Assembly: GCA_965649765.1 (NCBI GenBank)
Contig: OZ287748.1
Span: 67,456,001 to 67,520,000, forward strand
DNA from: Bispira polyomma
Taxonomy: Eukaryota
Length of the DNA stretch: 64,000 nt
Direction of reading: 5' to 3'
Below the pieces are notes generated by a model. The model ran no database searches, was not told where the DNA came from, and saw nothing but the letters and a program-made list of their open reading frames with translations. This document shows positions 50,901-61,465 of this stretch, one piece after another; the stretch's first letter is position 1; the number at the start of each line of letters is the position of its first letter. Position numbers and translations under genes: made by a program.

Positions 50901-53900
50901 TTTACCACACGAGGTATAATAAAAGTATTCCCACTTTGATAACCTCCATTTACGGATGACGCAATACAATATGTTTTGCAATGACCTTATGACAACCGGT
51001 GTATTACAATGATTTTAGAGTAAGGTTAATATAAATTACTAATACCAGTAGTATTACTATTTTTTGCAACAAATCTTTTATAACAACCCAAACCAACCAA
51101 GATCACATAAAATCCCAATAAATTAAAATATATACTTTGGTAAATACATTTTACTTCCAACCTTTAAGAAAAGTATTGCCTGAGACTATTTATGACATGA
51201 TAGATTTTTTATCATGCCTAACTGATGCATGCAAGCCCCTTCTAAAGCACAACGTCATTGACAAATTTGTTAAAATTGTAGTGATTGAAGGTTGGCGTGG
51301 AAGAAAAATAATGGGTCTTAAGGTTACTTCTGAAGCCAGGGAAAGTTTCCTGGGATCTTATATTGGTAAGTAAATTATTCCATAGGGTAGGTGCTGCAAC
51401 AGAGAAGGCATAGGATCCAATCCATTTACTAGTCCTGGTATTAGAGACTGAAATTCTGTTTCCCCTGGTAAACCTGCTGAAAGACAACAGTGAGGTAAGA
51501 TATTGGAGGTGACATAGGTTTACAACCTTGTATGTAGTAGTCTTGAAAATGATGTGGCACATGACAAAATAAAAATCTATTTATAAGTTTGGCAGATTTC
51601 TTTATCATTCTTAGTCACAGCAAATCTTAAGAAAAAAAGCAACAATAGATGCTAATCTGGGTGTGATTTTCATGTGATTGATTCCTCTTGGCTACAACCA
51701 ATCTATTGTCTAAAATGTTAGTTATGATAAACACACACAGCAGCTTGTGTTTATATTTATCTGGGAGGACAACGAAATGTACTGTGTGTGTGTAGTTTGT
51801 GTGTGAAAAATTAACAGAAATAATAAAAAAAAAACAATTGTAGAAAACACAAAAACTGTAAATGCTAAAAAAGAAAACAAAAGAATCTTAGACAGCCTGA
51901 TGAGTTATTGTTTACATCTACCACTTCTACAACTACTATTTGTTGTTCTGACTTTTTCTGATAGACTTTGAATAGACATTGGGATTGTTTGGGCCTTCTT
52001 ATTAGCAGTATAGAACAAAAACTGTGATGGACGTGTGTGGGGTCTGTGAGGTGTTTTTTTGTTCACATCCAGCTAATTACAAAACAAGTATGTATTATCA
52101 CAAGTGCAATGCACTATTGTTATACCCAAGAAAGAAGAAAAAATATGCTTTTGTAATTTTTTTAATGTAGCACACACATTCAGGAATTCTAAATGAGTTT
52201 TGTTTTTTCGGGGTATTGTAATGTTAAGAGACAGATTTTTTCTCTTCTAACCTTTTGCTATACAGATTTAGATTAACTTATGTGTTGAAGGTGCAAAAGC
52301 AAAAAAAATATTCAAAAATAAATTGTCAGGTAAAAGCATAGCTAATGAAGGTGTATTTGAGCTGAATTGATCAGAATTACAGTAGTCAGTGTAACCGAAA
52401 TGCTTCATTTGGATTTTTATGTCACCCTGTATACTACATAGTAACGGTTTTCAAAAGCACAATACAGATTAGTATCAGACCAATGTCGTCTAAGAGGCAT
52501 CTTCAAAATGATAAATATGGCAACTAAAGAATTAAATGTTTTCTTATTAATAGTGTGTTAATCATTGAAAACTACTATGTCTTGATCTCTTTTCTACCAT
52601 GCAACTAAATTCAACATAGACATAGACATAGGATTTTATACCAGCTAGTGGACCTAGTTCTTGATGGCTGAGTTGCAACACATCTATCCTGTCATTTCAT
52701 TTGATCAAATGACAAAACATTCAACAATTTTTCACTCATAGCATATATCGTTACATTTCTAGATTTTTACAGAATATTAAGAGTGGTCTGTTAGTGTACC
52801 TAATTAGCACCAGCAGATAATACCTTACAATATAGATATCATGCACTTATATATTATAGCATATTGACAGTATAAACGAAATCAAACACTTTTAAATGGA
52901 ATGAAGAAGCTATGACAATATTGTCTATCTAGTCTCACTTATATTAGATATACTATGTGTTCTCCCGTGATTGCCTAATGGTTGGGGATTTGGTATAGTG
53001 ACCAGATAGTCCCGGATAGTGCCATAATGGTTACTAGGTGGATGACATGCTAAAGCAAGATGTGGACATTTCCAGATTATAACCACCAATGCTAATTTGT
53101 AGAACTATCCCTTCTCAAAGAACAGGCATTATACAGGATTAAATATCAATTGAGTACTATATAAATGCTTTAAAATGAAACTAAAATTTATCAGCTAATA
53201 AGATTGAATTTGGACAGCTTATTCCTTCAGTATATGTTGTTACCAACACTAGACATTAAGAAAACCCAACCAAAAAGATAAAGGTAATATTAAGTTGTTG
53301 CAAATATTTTGCAACAAAAAATGACATAATCCATACCAATATGGCAGGGCTTGAACATATGTTGGAGAACATTTTCTGCATTAAACATCACTGTTGTTTT
53401 TTTGTGTACTTATTGCACTCTTGGTTTTATATATGCCAAAGTGATATTCATGTCTGAATATTATATAACCACAGTTTGCAATACATGCAGTATGTTCATA
53501 AATACCAACTAAAAAAGTATAATGGAAAAACATTTGTGTGGTCTTGCATAAAATGATAATCAAAAGATAGAATGCCAGCTTAGCACAATCACATCTCTTT
53601 AACTCATAATCCAGTTAGAAGCAACAACAATGTAATTTAAAATTCCTATTTACAATTGTAATATTATATAGTTGAATTCAAGAAAAAAATAACCCAATGT
53701 CAGTTAATGCTTACCCCTTCACTAAGGTGTGTATTTTTAGCTTCTCAAGCACTGTCTGCTATAAGACTACACACACCGAGTTCTATCATTCCTGCAGACT
53801 TGCTGCTCATAATTACAGTTATATAGCTGAGGTTATTGAGGAACACTGGGAGAGTTATTACATCAGGGTCACATCACTTCACCCCAGGGTTACACATGCA

Positions 53901-56900
53901 GTATCAGTCATTTTCTGGTTGGTATTTGAATAAAGGTTGGCTGTCCTCTTTTATATGAGATTCTATCTCTTTCGTTTTGTATTTGGCTTCAAGCAAAGAA
54001 AAACACACCTAATAACATTGTAACGAACAAGAGTTCCAGAATGGTCTTTTAATTTACACGTCACATGATTGATGTCATTGAAAAAGTCAAAGATATTTAA
54101 ACTGAAATTAAAATGTGCTTTTCAGCACATGCAATATTAGTTTCAAGTGTAAGAGGAACAGGCTTATACAATCCGGTTTGTATTTTAAATGGAGTTGCAA
54201 AAGAAGCTAGTATATTACTAAGTTTAATAAGCTATAGTGTCAGATAGTGACCTAATATGGCCCATTATGTGTTAATGAGATGTGTAATTACTATAATATT
54301 ACTTAACTGATTAATCGACTGATTAATTGCAAGAGGTCAAATATGAGACTGTAATAATCAAAACGTTAATAATGTTAATTATCTACAAAACGAATGCTGT
54401 TACTTTACTAATTAATACACATAATTTTAGGAGTGAAAGTGGTTCAAATATAGACTCTAATAATGGGAATTAAAAATATGAATTAAAAACTGTAATCTCT
54501 TCGTTCATTCTATTCAATTAAATCCGGAGATTACTTATTTAAGTAAAAGAAAATTGGTTTCCCCTGAAAATCATTAGGGCTCACACACACAATCTAGAAT
54601 TACCAGAGTTTAGAAGCCTGAACTGATTTGTGGAAGGGATTGAATTACAAGACAAAAAAACCACAACCTTATGTTAGCAACTGTGTTAACCTAACCTTAC
54701 ATCCTGATAATACAAGGTAGGGTTTTAAATTTTTAAGTTTTAGATTTATTTAAATATAATAAGTATATACATGTTTGTTTCATATTGGACACCTAGGGGC
54801 AAACTTGTTAAACTAACCTTAGACATTTTGATAATATAAGGAAGAGATTCAAATGATTTATAATTTAAAATACATTTTATAAAATGTTTTAATTTCTACA
54901 TAACTAGCATGGTGTTATTTAAATATGGCAAGTTACACAGTTTCGAACTTCATATTATAGACATCCATTGTAAGACTTGTGTTAAACTAACTGTATACAT
55001 TCTGGTAACTAGGGTTTTAAATTTAAAAATGTTGAAATACATATTCTGAAATATTTTTTTTTCACAAAGAACTGGCATAATATTACTTATTATATAGTAA
55101 CTAATAGGCATGTTTTTTTTTATAATACTAGACACACCCAGTGTGTAAAGTCAGACAATACCACGGTTTCTTCAATCTGACTTTTAGCAAAAATGTTGAA
55201 ATTGTTAAAATATCAGTTAACAATGAGCAGATCTGGGTTGAGGTTGGTGGTGGATTAAAGCACTAATTATTGATGTAACAGATGTGCTGGAAAAGGTTGT
55301 GGGAGTGTGAAAGGTAACACCCTGCTCTTACAACTAGAACTAGCACAGACGTGATAGAACTGAAATAACATTCTACACCAAATGGGCTTTTGTGTTATAG
55401 ATTATATATCTGTGGTCACCTTAAAGTCTAAAATATATATTTCTATCGTGATACAGGGCTTTTAAGATGCTGCGTTCCACGTCTGATCATGATATCTACT
55501 GTTGAAAGTTTGACTGGGAATAATATTCCCGGGGAAATATTTGAACTTGTATCTATTTATTAACTTCAAGAAAAGTCAATAGTGAAAATTAATTCCCGTT
55601 ATCTCTCTAAAACGTACACTGGAATTTTACCGGTTATATAGTAAATCTCACCAGTCAAACAATGAATATATATAAAATAAGTTCAAGTAATGTAACTTAC
55701 AAGACGATTATATACTACTAATTTGTTTTATAAGCTAAAACAGACTATATGATATATTTTAGCTCTGGAATTGAACACAATCACATCTGTTTCTCACTTA
55801 AGACTGGTGGTACTGTTATATAGAGTATTTGACGCCTAGACATATATTTGGAATCTTATTTCTAGCTCAGTTTTTGTAGTCTGCAAAATATTATGTATGT
55901 TTCAAGGTTACTCCATAGTTACATAGTAAGTTAAATGTTTGTAGAAGCAGCCACAAAGTAGCTTTGTAACGTCTGTTGATACCATTTTTTGTGCTCCATC
56001 CTGAGAAAATATATTATCAGAGATATTTAAGCATAAATAAACAATTCCCAATATAGCTAGTAGAATGTTTTTGTCCAATAGTTAGGTCATCTTTGTGAAA
56101 ATTATGTATGTTTCAAGGGTACTCCATAGTTACATAGTAAGTTAAATGTTTGTAGAACCAACCACAAAGTGGCTTTGTAACATCTGTTGATACTATTTTG
56201 TGTGCTCCATCCTGAGAAAATATATTATCAGAGATATTTAAGCATAAATAAACAATTCCCAATATAGCTAGTAGAATGTTTTTGTCCAATAGTTAGGTCA
56301 TTTTTGTGAATTTTTTTGTTTTGTTTGTTGTATCAATTTTAGACATTTATAAGAGAAGATAGTGGTTTGCTTTAGTTTAATAAAAGGGGGATATACACTA
56401 CCAATCCATGTTAAGAGACGTTGATAAATGGTGTCATCCTCAAGCCTCTCTGCCTTGAGTAAGGGAAATGACAGTTACTAGTGCTGGTTGGCTGATGGCT
56501 TTAAGGTTTAATTTTATAGGGATGCACCCCGGTTTCAAATCCGTGCCGGGGCTGAAAGTGGAAAAGTTATGTGCCGATGGTCATGTGGACACATTCTGAA
56601 CACTGACAATTAAAATGGCTTGGTGATTTATTTAAAAAAACTATCAGGGTTTTGTTTTGTCACACAAAACTCAAACTTCTCTGTTCATGCAGAGTAATTA
56701 AATCTTATTTAATGCCACTGATGTGACAGTTTGAGGTAGTATCATTGCCCATATAATATCAAAGGAAAATACTTCAGACCCTAGCTATTTTTTTGTGTTC
56801 TCCAAAATTCTCTCTCCTCTCTCAGCAGAGATAAAAATAGCACATATCTCCCCTTGCCCAGCTTATTGGTCCCTTGTGTTGCCCATTTTTAGAGCAGGCA

Positions 56901-59900
56901 CAGCTTATAATGAACTATTGTGTTTGTCACAAAAAGCTTCTGTTTTGTCCCTAAGATGAAAAGGTTGTGTTGCTCTGTAGCAATGGTGGTTATACTTGGT
57001 TATATTTGGGAAATAGGGCCAATATGTAGTTGGTATTCTGTTGGCTGAAGTAATGTTACCTCTAAACCTTGGTTCTGTTTAGTGTTTACTTTTACAGATT
57101 AAAAACTTGTAGTTCTTTACAATGGTTATTTATACTGAAGTAAAAGCTGTAAGTAAAACTAAGTTGAACTGAAAAAAAAGGATAAAAATGTAGCTGTGTT
57201 ATGGTGAATAAAATCAGGCTGTCTTCAAGTAGTTCTATTTTCTCCCTTTTAGATTAAAAGCTTGAAACTCTCTTTTGTAACGGTGTTTATACAGAAATAA
57301 TGTGGTCTCTGTGGCCTAGTGGTTAGAGCGTCGGACTTTGAATTAAAAGGGATCTAAGGGTCTAGGTTTGATCCTTGCTGCTGTCCTGGTGAGTTTACCC
57401 TTGGACATGGTACTTTACACAATGTCGTCCCTTTCTATCTAGGTGTATCAATGGGTACCTGGCTGCTAATGGTGTTTGAGTATTTGAGCGCTGTATGTGT
57501 GGCAGCACAAGAAGTTTATTATTGAGTCAACATTCTGAATTTTCCAAGACATATGGCCATTAATACTGTACTTATGGCATTGAAGCACTTTGGTGGAGGT
57601 TATGCCCTACTGCGTGCCATGCAAACAATGTGATCCCCCTTTTTTTCTCCCAAAATTATATTTAAGCAACATGCAAACAAACAAGTCATAAAGATACTGA
57701 ACATCTCTAGCTATTAGAATAACTTATTTCCTGTTTGTAGCAAAAAATTACTTTCAACTGTATCATAGCTAAAACAAAAATAAACAGACAAAATTTGAAG
57801 GCTTCATTGAAATTACTGTTTAATAGTCTTTACCCTTTGTACATAGCAGAAAATTATTATTATTAAAACAAATGCCTGTAAGAATAGTCTTATTTTCAGC
57901 CAGTCCTTAGTTTTCAAAAAAACAAACCCCCAACAAAACATGTCTTAAGCTGCACACAAATGATGTATTCCTTCCTATCTGACAGTAGCAATAGACTGCA
58001 GTTCAAATCAGGGGTACTATGGGTGAGTTTCTCACTCTATCAATAGCAGATAAAGAGGCACTAACCCTCCATGTAGAGCTTTTGCTCACCTGTGTGAAAC
58101 TGTGGCCCTGTTCTCCACGAACCAATTTTTAAGCTCAATCCACATTCTTAAGCTCTCCCTATTTCTGTACTGTAGGGTGATACATAAAATCTGAGTGCAT
58201 ATTTCAATTCAGCACCGAAAGCTCGATTAAAATGAATGGTCACAAGTATTGGTTATTTCTTAAATATAAAAGAATAATACACTATATGCCATCAATTTAG
58301 TTGAGCCTGAGTCTCATTGGAGAACGATACAAGCTGTGGTGGATGTGTTGAGATTTGATAGCAAAAGAGTAACAAATTGATAGAAAAGGCAGATAAAAAA
58401 TATGGAACTATCCCTCTCTCTGTCTATGTAAATATTTACTGAAGGTCACTTTAAGCTGTAACTTAAAACAAGAATTATAATTTAATAATATTACTATTTT
58501 TCCTATGTATACTAATTTCAGACAATAAAAGTAATAAAAAATTATATTATAAGCATTATTATATATAAGTATACCCCATATAAAATTCCCCTCATATATG
58601 GAATTCCAAAGAATTAAAGTTTTAAAGCCATTATATCATTCACTTAAGTTCAGTACTCTGTCTAACATTGCTTAGCCACAAGTTTGTTTACTGAACAAGG
58701 GAAGTAACACGCTGATCCATTAAGGATCATATACATTCGGACTGAAGTGGTGTTACACCCAAGTGATTTCACCCCCTATCAGGACAGCTAGGGGAATCCA
58801 GACGATAAATCCACCTTCCGTTTATCGGGATTTGATATAAATGTCAGTAATATACCTTTGTTTACTCCAACTTGGCCACTACAACTCGTGTTCTTTCACA
58901 CTTGTTTTTAAAGAATTCATTAGCAAATACTACAGATAACCTCACGAAGGCCTAACACACTGAATTTTTTGGGTTGAAGCTTTGGGAATTTTGTTTGTGT
59001 TACTTAAGAATTTAAAAGAGAAATGTTTATTGAAAGAAAGAATATTCCAAGTTGTACTCCGCGCAATAATCTACCTTTATCTGACTTTAAAAGCTCTAAC
59101 TAATAATTTGAATTTTAATATTTAACGATCACTCTAGTACCTGTTTATGTTATATTGGGACGGGTAGTTGGAAACGCGGGAGGAAACACTGCATACAGTT
59201 GATCAAGGTTCTGCACTGAAACCAGCGGCCCACAGTAAGGAACTACCACCTTTCCCACATAGAAATAGACAGAATTCGAACTCATGCCGCCCAGAGCTGA
59301 GAGACCAGTGATTGTGAAGCGCAATGCTTGCTAACCACTAGGCCACCGCGGCCCCCTCTAACTAATAAACTTTCCCCTAACTGATGACAGGGGCTTAGGA
59401 TGACCACTGATCAACATCCCTAAGGTACTTCAGCCTGTCACTAGGAATAGGAACTATTGACAGTGGACCGCCATGCAAGCCACTATGTATCTGCTTATGT
59501 ATCTGGTTGCCCAATTCTAGAATCAAACCCTGGTGCTCAGTGTTCATAAGTTAGTATCTTGCCCACTTGGTCACAGTGGTATATTACCATTCACAATTCT
59601 TTTTATGAGTTTCAACCTAACATACAATTATCCACATATATGTACACAACTGTATAGAAAGACATATTAAACTGGAACACTCAACAGTGCTAAACAATAA
59701 AAATCATTGATGCAGGGATTTTTTTAAGGAGGGCATGTATATAATTCATGAAGTTGCATCACAGACAGGTAGTCCATAACACAATATCTGACTGTATGCT
59801 CAAAGAGTGTCTAACATCGGCAAGTAGTCTTAAATAATTATAGAACCATTCCACAAACAAATTATGTATATAACTGACTAAAAGAGATGTATTGTTATTG

Positions 59901-61465
59901 GTTATTTACACCCACACATTTTTCCTTACGACCTTACTGTGTCCATGGACTACACGATTGGCCTACTGATTCTGTTGTTGCGCTTTGGAAGATGGCTAGC
60001 ATCAATAAAGAGTGTTAAAATGTAAAATACTATTATATATAGGTGACACTTTAATATCACAAATAGCCAAAGTGACGTCATAAGGAAACAAAATCAATGG
60101 TTGACTCCTTTTTGGGGTATATTAAATATACTTTATTTTGGAGGGAGTTAATTGACACTGAGTTGACAAAATGATACGCAACATATTAAATTCGATCACT
60201 TTGTAATCATAATAACAATAAGTCTCCTCAAAATGAAGAGTGGCAATATTTGTAATACACCATCCTTTCTATTATGCAATATCACATATAAAGACACTAT
60301 TTCATATTTCACTACCATAAGTAAATGAAGGTACCAACAATAAATATATGCAGGTACCTATATTTACAACCGAATGCCATTGTTACAAGGCTTCCTTTGT
60401 GGAATAGCTTGCCTTACCGTGTACTACTAGTGCATTACGGTCATTTGGTCCATTTAATAATGCTTCTCCTTTACAGTTTTCATTTTTGTCTCAGTTTTTT
60501 CCTCTCCTGATGTTGACCCTTTTTTATGATTATGCTTTCTGGTATATATCACAATAACAATACCTTAGAATTTTACTTTAGTGTGACAATTAAGCACTAT
60601 AAGTATTATTCAGTGAAGACATATTAACACATTACCTTTGAGAGAAGTAGATACTTCCATCACTTTGGATTCTTAGAAACCTGTTGCTATAAGTGATCTT
60701 GTGCAGATAGGAACTCAAGCCATTCAGGAAGAACGTATCTGTTTGATTTAAATATAAAACAAACAAACCAATTGGATAACTTTAAATTTTGAGGTCAAGG
60801 TTACTTCAGGCATTTTGAATATATTAAATAAAATGTGTGTCATTATCATAGGGTGTTTACAAATAAGCCTTTGAAATATCTCTCTTGTAAAATGCCTACC
60901 CGGTGTTTATTTGAAACTGAATAGCAAGATTAACATCACGTTTTAATACAAGTACAGTGTAAAATAAGAGGTTAGGTCAAACATTTGTGAGTACATGCAT
61001 ACCTCATGCATATTATGGTGGTGTAGTGGTAACACACTCAGCCCCCAAGTCTGAGGTTGTTGGTTCGACCCTAGTGAGTATGTGGGAAAGTTGGCAGTTG
61101 TTGGCAGTCGTGACCAGCTACACTATTTTGAATTTTTCTAATGCTGAACTGGCAATCGTGATATGACACATATGTGTTGAAAGCGACGTTAACCTAAAAC
61201 TAAACTAAAGACAGCTTTATTATTATAAAAATAATTAGTGCGACAATAAATTTGTTGTTAATACATTAAATACATAATGAAAATACATCAAACATATTTA
61301 GATTTAGCAACAGTTGCCCATAGTTAATTGGTCAATCTTACCTGGCTTCCAGATCTCCTCCAACATCTTAATACTTGGCCTAAGCTGGGTTATGTTGTTG
61401 GTGACATTGAACTGTAATCTGTCATCTGTCCAGGCCTGTCTGAAGTAACAGTCCATGGAGAAAGT
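27398..61465 (-). CDS. Cys-loop ligand-gated chloride channel subunit, GABA-A receptor alpha/GRD-like; 5'-partial, 7 coding exons in window
   Basis: Exons 61342-61465, 60636-60738, 46006-46088, 45382-45525, 41858-42010, 36967-37172 and 27398-27715 have GT-AG ends and join in frame. Motifs: DCYFRQ.W, IWKPDTFF.NG, Cys-loop C-x13-[38 protein letters not shown]. Confidence 0.95.
27835..28090 (+). mobile_element. SINE S1 copy
   Basis: gggctgcggtggcctagtggttagcaa...gtggacgttaaatatcc.aattt. Confidence 0.9.
30823..31078 (-). mobile_element. MITE family A copy
   Basis: Contains accattcattttaat (reverse complement of the core); ends in gcagaatacggc. Confidence 0.6.
31580..31770 (+). repeat. Unclassified interspersed repeat; also at 1580-1712 (-) and 49645-49790 (+)
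   Basis: Shared core taaggccttcatgga.tggttgga.gcaatcaac. Confidence 0.7.
32085..32490 (+). mobile_element. 3' fragment of a different L2-like LINE subfamily
   Basis: [16 protein letters not shown]...[15 protein letters not shown]. Confidence 0.75.
32650..36513 (+). mobile_element. Near full-length single-ORF L2/CR1-group LINE (APE plus RT), antisense in the last intron of the channel gene
   Basis: About 400-bp 5' UTR homologous to about 20015 onward; APE motifs (FNARSL, SETWL, GGGV, ILGDFN, HILDL, ISDH); RT motifs; 3' stem-loop and (TAA)n tail. Confidence 0.96.
33050..36366 (+). pseudogene. LINE endonuclease-reverse transcriptase ORF split by a 224-bp tandem duplication (1030 aa if removed)
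   Basis: ORFs 33050..34501 and 34390..36366 fall into one frame after removing 224 bp; catalytic motif reads YAGD. Confidence 0.9.
36967..37172 (-). CDS. Channel TM2-TM3 exon: [54 protein letters not shown]...ESDE
   Basis: 206 bp, tttag| acceptor, GAG|gtatat donor, phase 1 to 0. Confidence 0.93.
38946..38999. repeat. Poly-C run (about 21) abutting a poly-A run
   Basis: Directly visible. Confidence 0.9.
39655..39870 (+). mobile_element. tRNA-derived SINE (family S2) with a LINE-derived 3' tail
   Basis: A-box tggcatggtgg, B-box-like cttcgactgcc, atccttgggca core, tail gttgcgctttagaa...gcatcaacaaag. Confidence 0.65.
41858..42010 (-). CDS. Channel TM1 and start of TM2: [51 protein letters not shown]
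   Basis: 153 bp, ccag| acceptor, G|gtaag donor, PAR anion-selectivity motif. Confidence 0.95.
42290..42912 (-). mobile_element. LINE 3' fragment (L2-like) interrupted by SINE S1
   Basis: Reverse-complement match to about 36115-36513, including the stem-loop tail. Confidence 0.8.
42449..42671 (-). mobile_element. 5'-truncated SINE S1 copy nested in a LINE 3' fragment
   Basis: Lacks the A-box; 7-bp TSD ggataag (42442-42448 and 42672-42678). Confidence 0.9.
45025..45232 (-). mobile_element. SINE S2 copy
   Basis: Reverse complement reads tctggtgatcgaaaagaccctggttcaactcc...gataacatactt...gttttagaagatgcc.tgtatcaat. Confidence 0.6.
45382..45525 (-). CDS. Channel exon (loops B/F/C): [48 protein letters not shown]
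   Basis: tttag| acceptor, G|gtaac donor, 144 bp, phase 1 to 1. Confidence 0.9.
46006..46088 (-). CDS. Channel Cys-loop exon: [27 protein letters not shown]
   Basis: 83 bp, tacag| acceptor and |gtaag donor, C-x13-C with YPLD. Confidence 0.95.
46295..46445 (-). mobile_element. Short 151-bp tRNA-derived SINE
   Basis: A-box tggccaagcgg, tail ctgtcccaatataacc..gacgtaaa, 15-bp TSD tacagtatRtgtaaa. Confidence 0.8.
48555..49265. repeat. 84-bp tandem repeat, about 8.5 copies
   Basis: Period 84 (48973 to 49057); unit tatgtcccaataaaacctgatttctggtcataacaaaacgtgcatgccaagatacacatggcgccaattttgggcagtttacag. Confidence 0.95.
49837..50128 (+). mobile_element. Helentron-associated non-autonomous element (DINE/HINE-like); related remnants near 70-290, 37590-37770, 44460-44650, 47650-47995 (-) and 48390-48550
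   Basis: 5' ttattacctcagcc..gaggttatgtttt, 3' ggcggaga inverted repeat plus gcactctcatgagcg stem-loop. Confidence 0.55.
50200..50440 (-). mobile_element. SINE S1 copy
   Basis: Near-identical to the 25304 copy. Confidence 0.9.
51290..51560 (-). mobile_element. LINE 3' ORF fragment
   Basis: TRGNRISVS...[24 protein letters not shown]. Confidence 0.8.
55890..56310. repeat. 211-bp tandem duplication (2 copies)
   Basis: attatgtatgtttcaagg at 55890 and 56101, few mismatches. Confidence 0.92.
57303..57500 (+). mobile_element. tRNA-derived SINE with a CORE-like central domain
   Basis: tggcctagtggttagagcgtcggact head, ggtttgatcc B-box, cccttggacatggtactttac..aggtgtatcaatgggtacctgg. Confidence 0.6.
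58103..58330 (+). mobile_element. MITE family A copy
   Basis: ggccctgttctcca...attaaaatgaatggtcacaagtattggttattt...tggagaac. Confidence 0.6.
59107..59355 (-). mobile_element. SINE S1 copy
   Basis: Perfect 13-bp TSD ctctaactaataa (59094-59106 and 59356-59368). Confidence 0.92.
59915..60038 (+). mobile_element. LINE 3' UTR fragment
   Basis: tgattctgttgttgcgctttggaagatggctagcatcaataaag. Confidence 0.8.
60636..60738 (-). CDS. Channel exon (loops A/E): [35 protein letters not shown]
   Basis: aacag| acceptor, AG|gtaat donor, 103 bp, phase 1 to 2; absent from the ORF track. Confidence 0.93.
61012..61210 (+). mobile_element. Older tRNA-derived SINE
   Basis: tggtgtagtgg A-box, ggttcgaccc B-box, gtgggaaagttggcagtt, tail tgttgaaagcgacgttaa. 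Confidence 0.7.
61342..61465 (-). CDS. Channel exon (loop D to loop A): [41 protein letters not shown]
   Basis: tacag| acceptor, G|gtaag donor, 124 bp. Confidence 0.93.

Noticed and set aside
57303-57385. tRNA gene
   Set aside because: A/B boxes are present but there is no acceptor-stem closure or poly-T terminator, and the sequence continues into a SINE body
46089-60635. Mutually exclusive duplicate exons or a nested gene in the 14.5-kb intron
   Set aside because: I saw no paralogous exon motifs or phase-consistent exon chain; small exons could have been missed by eye
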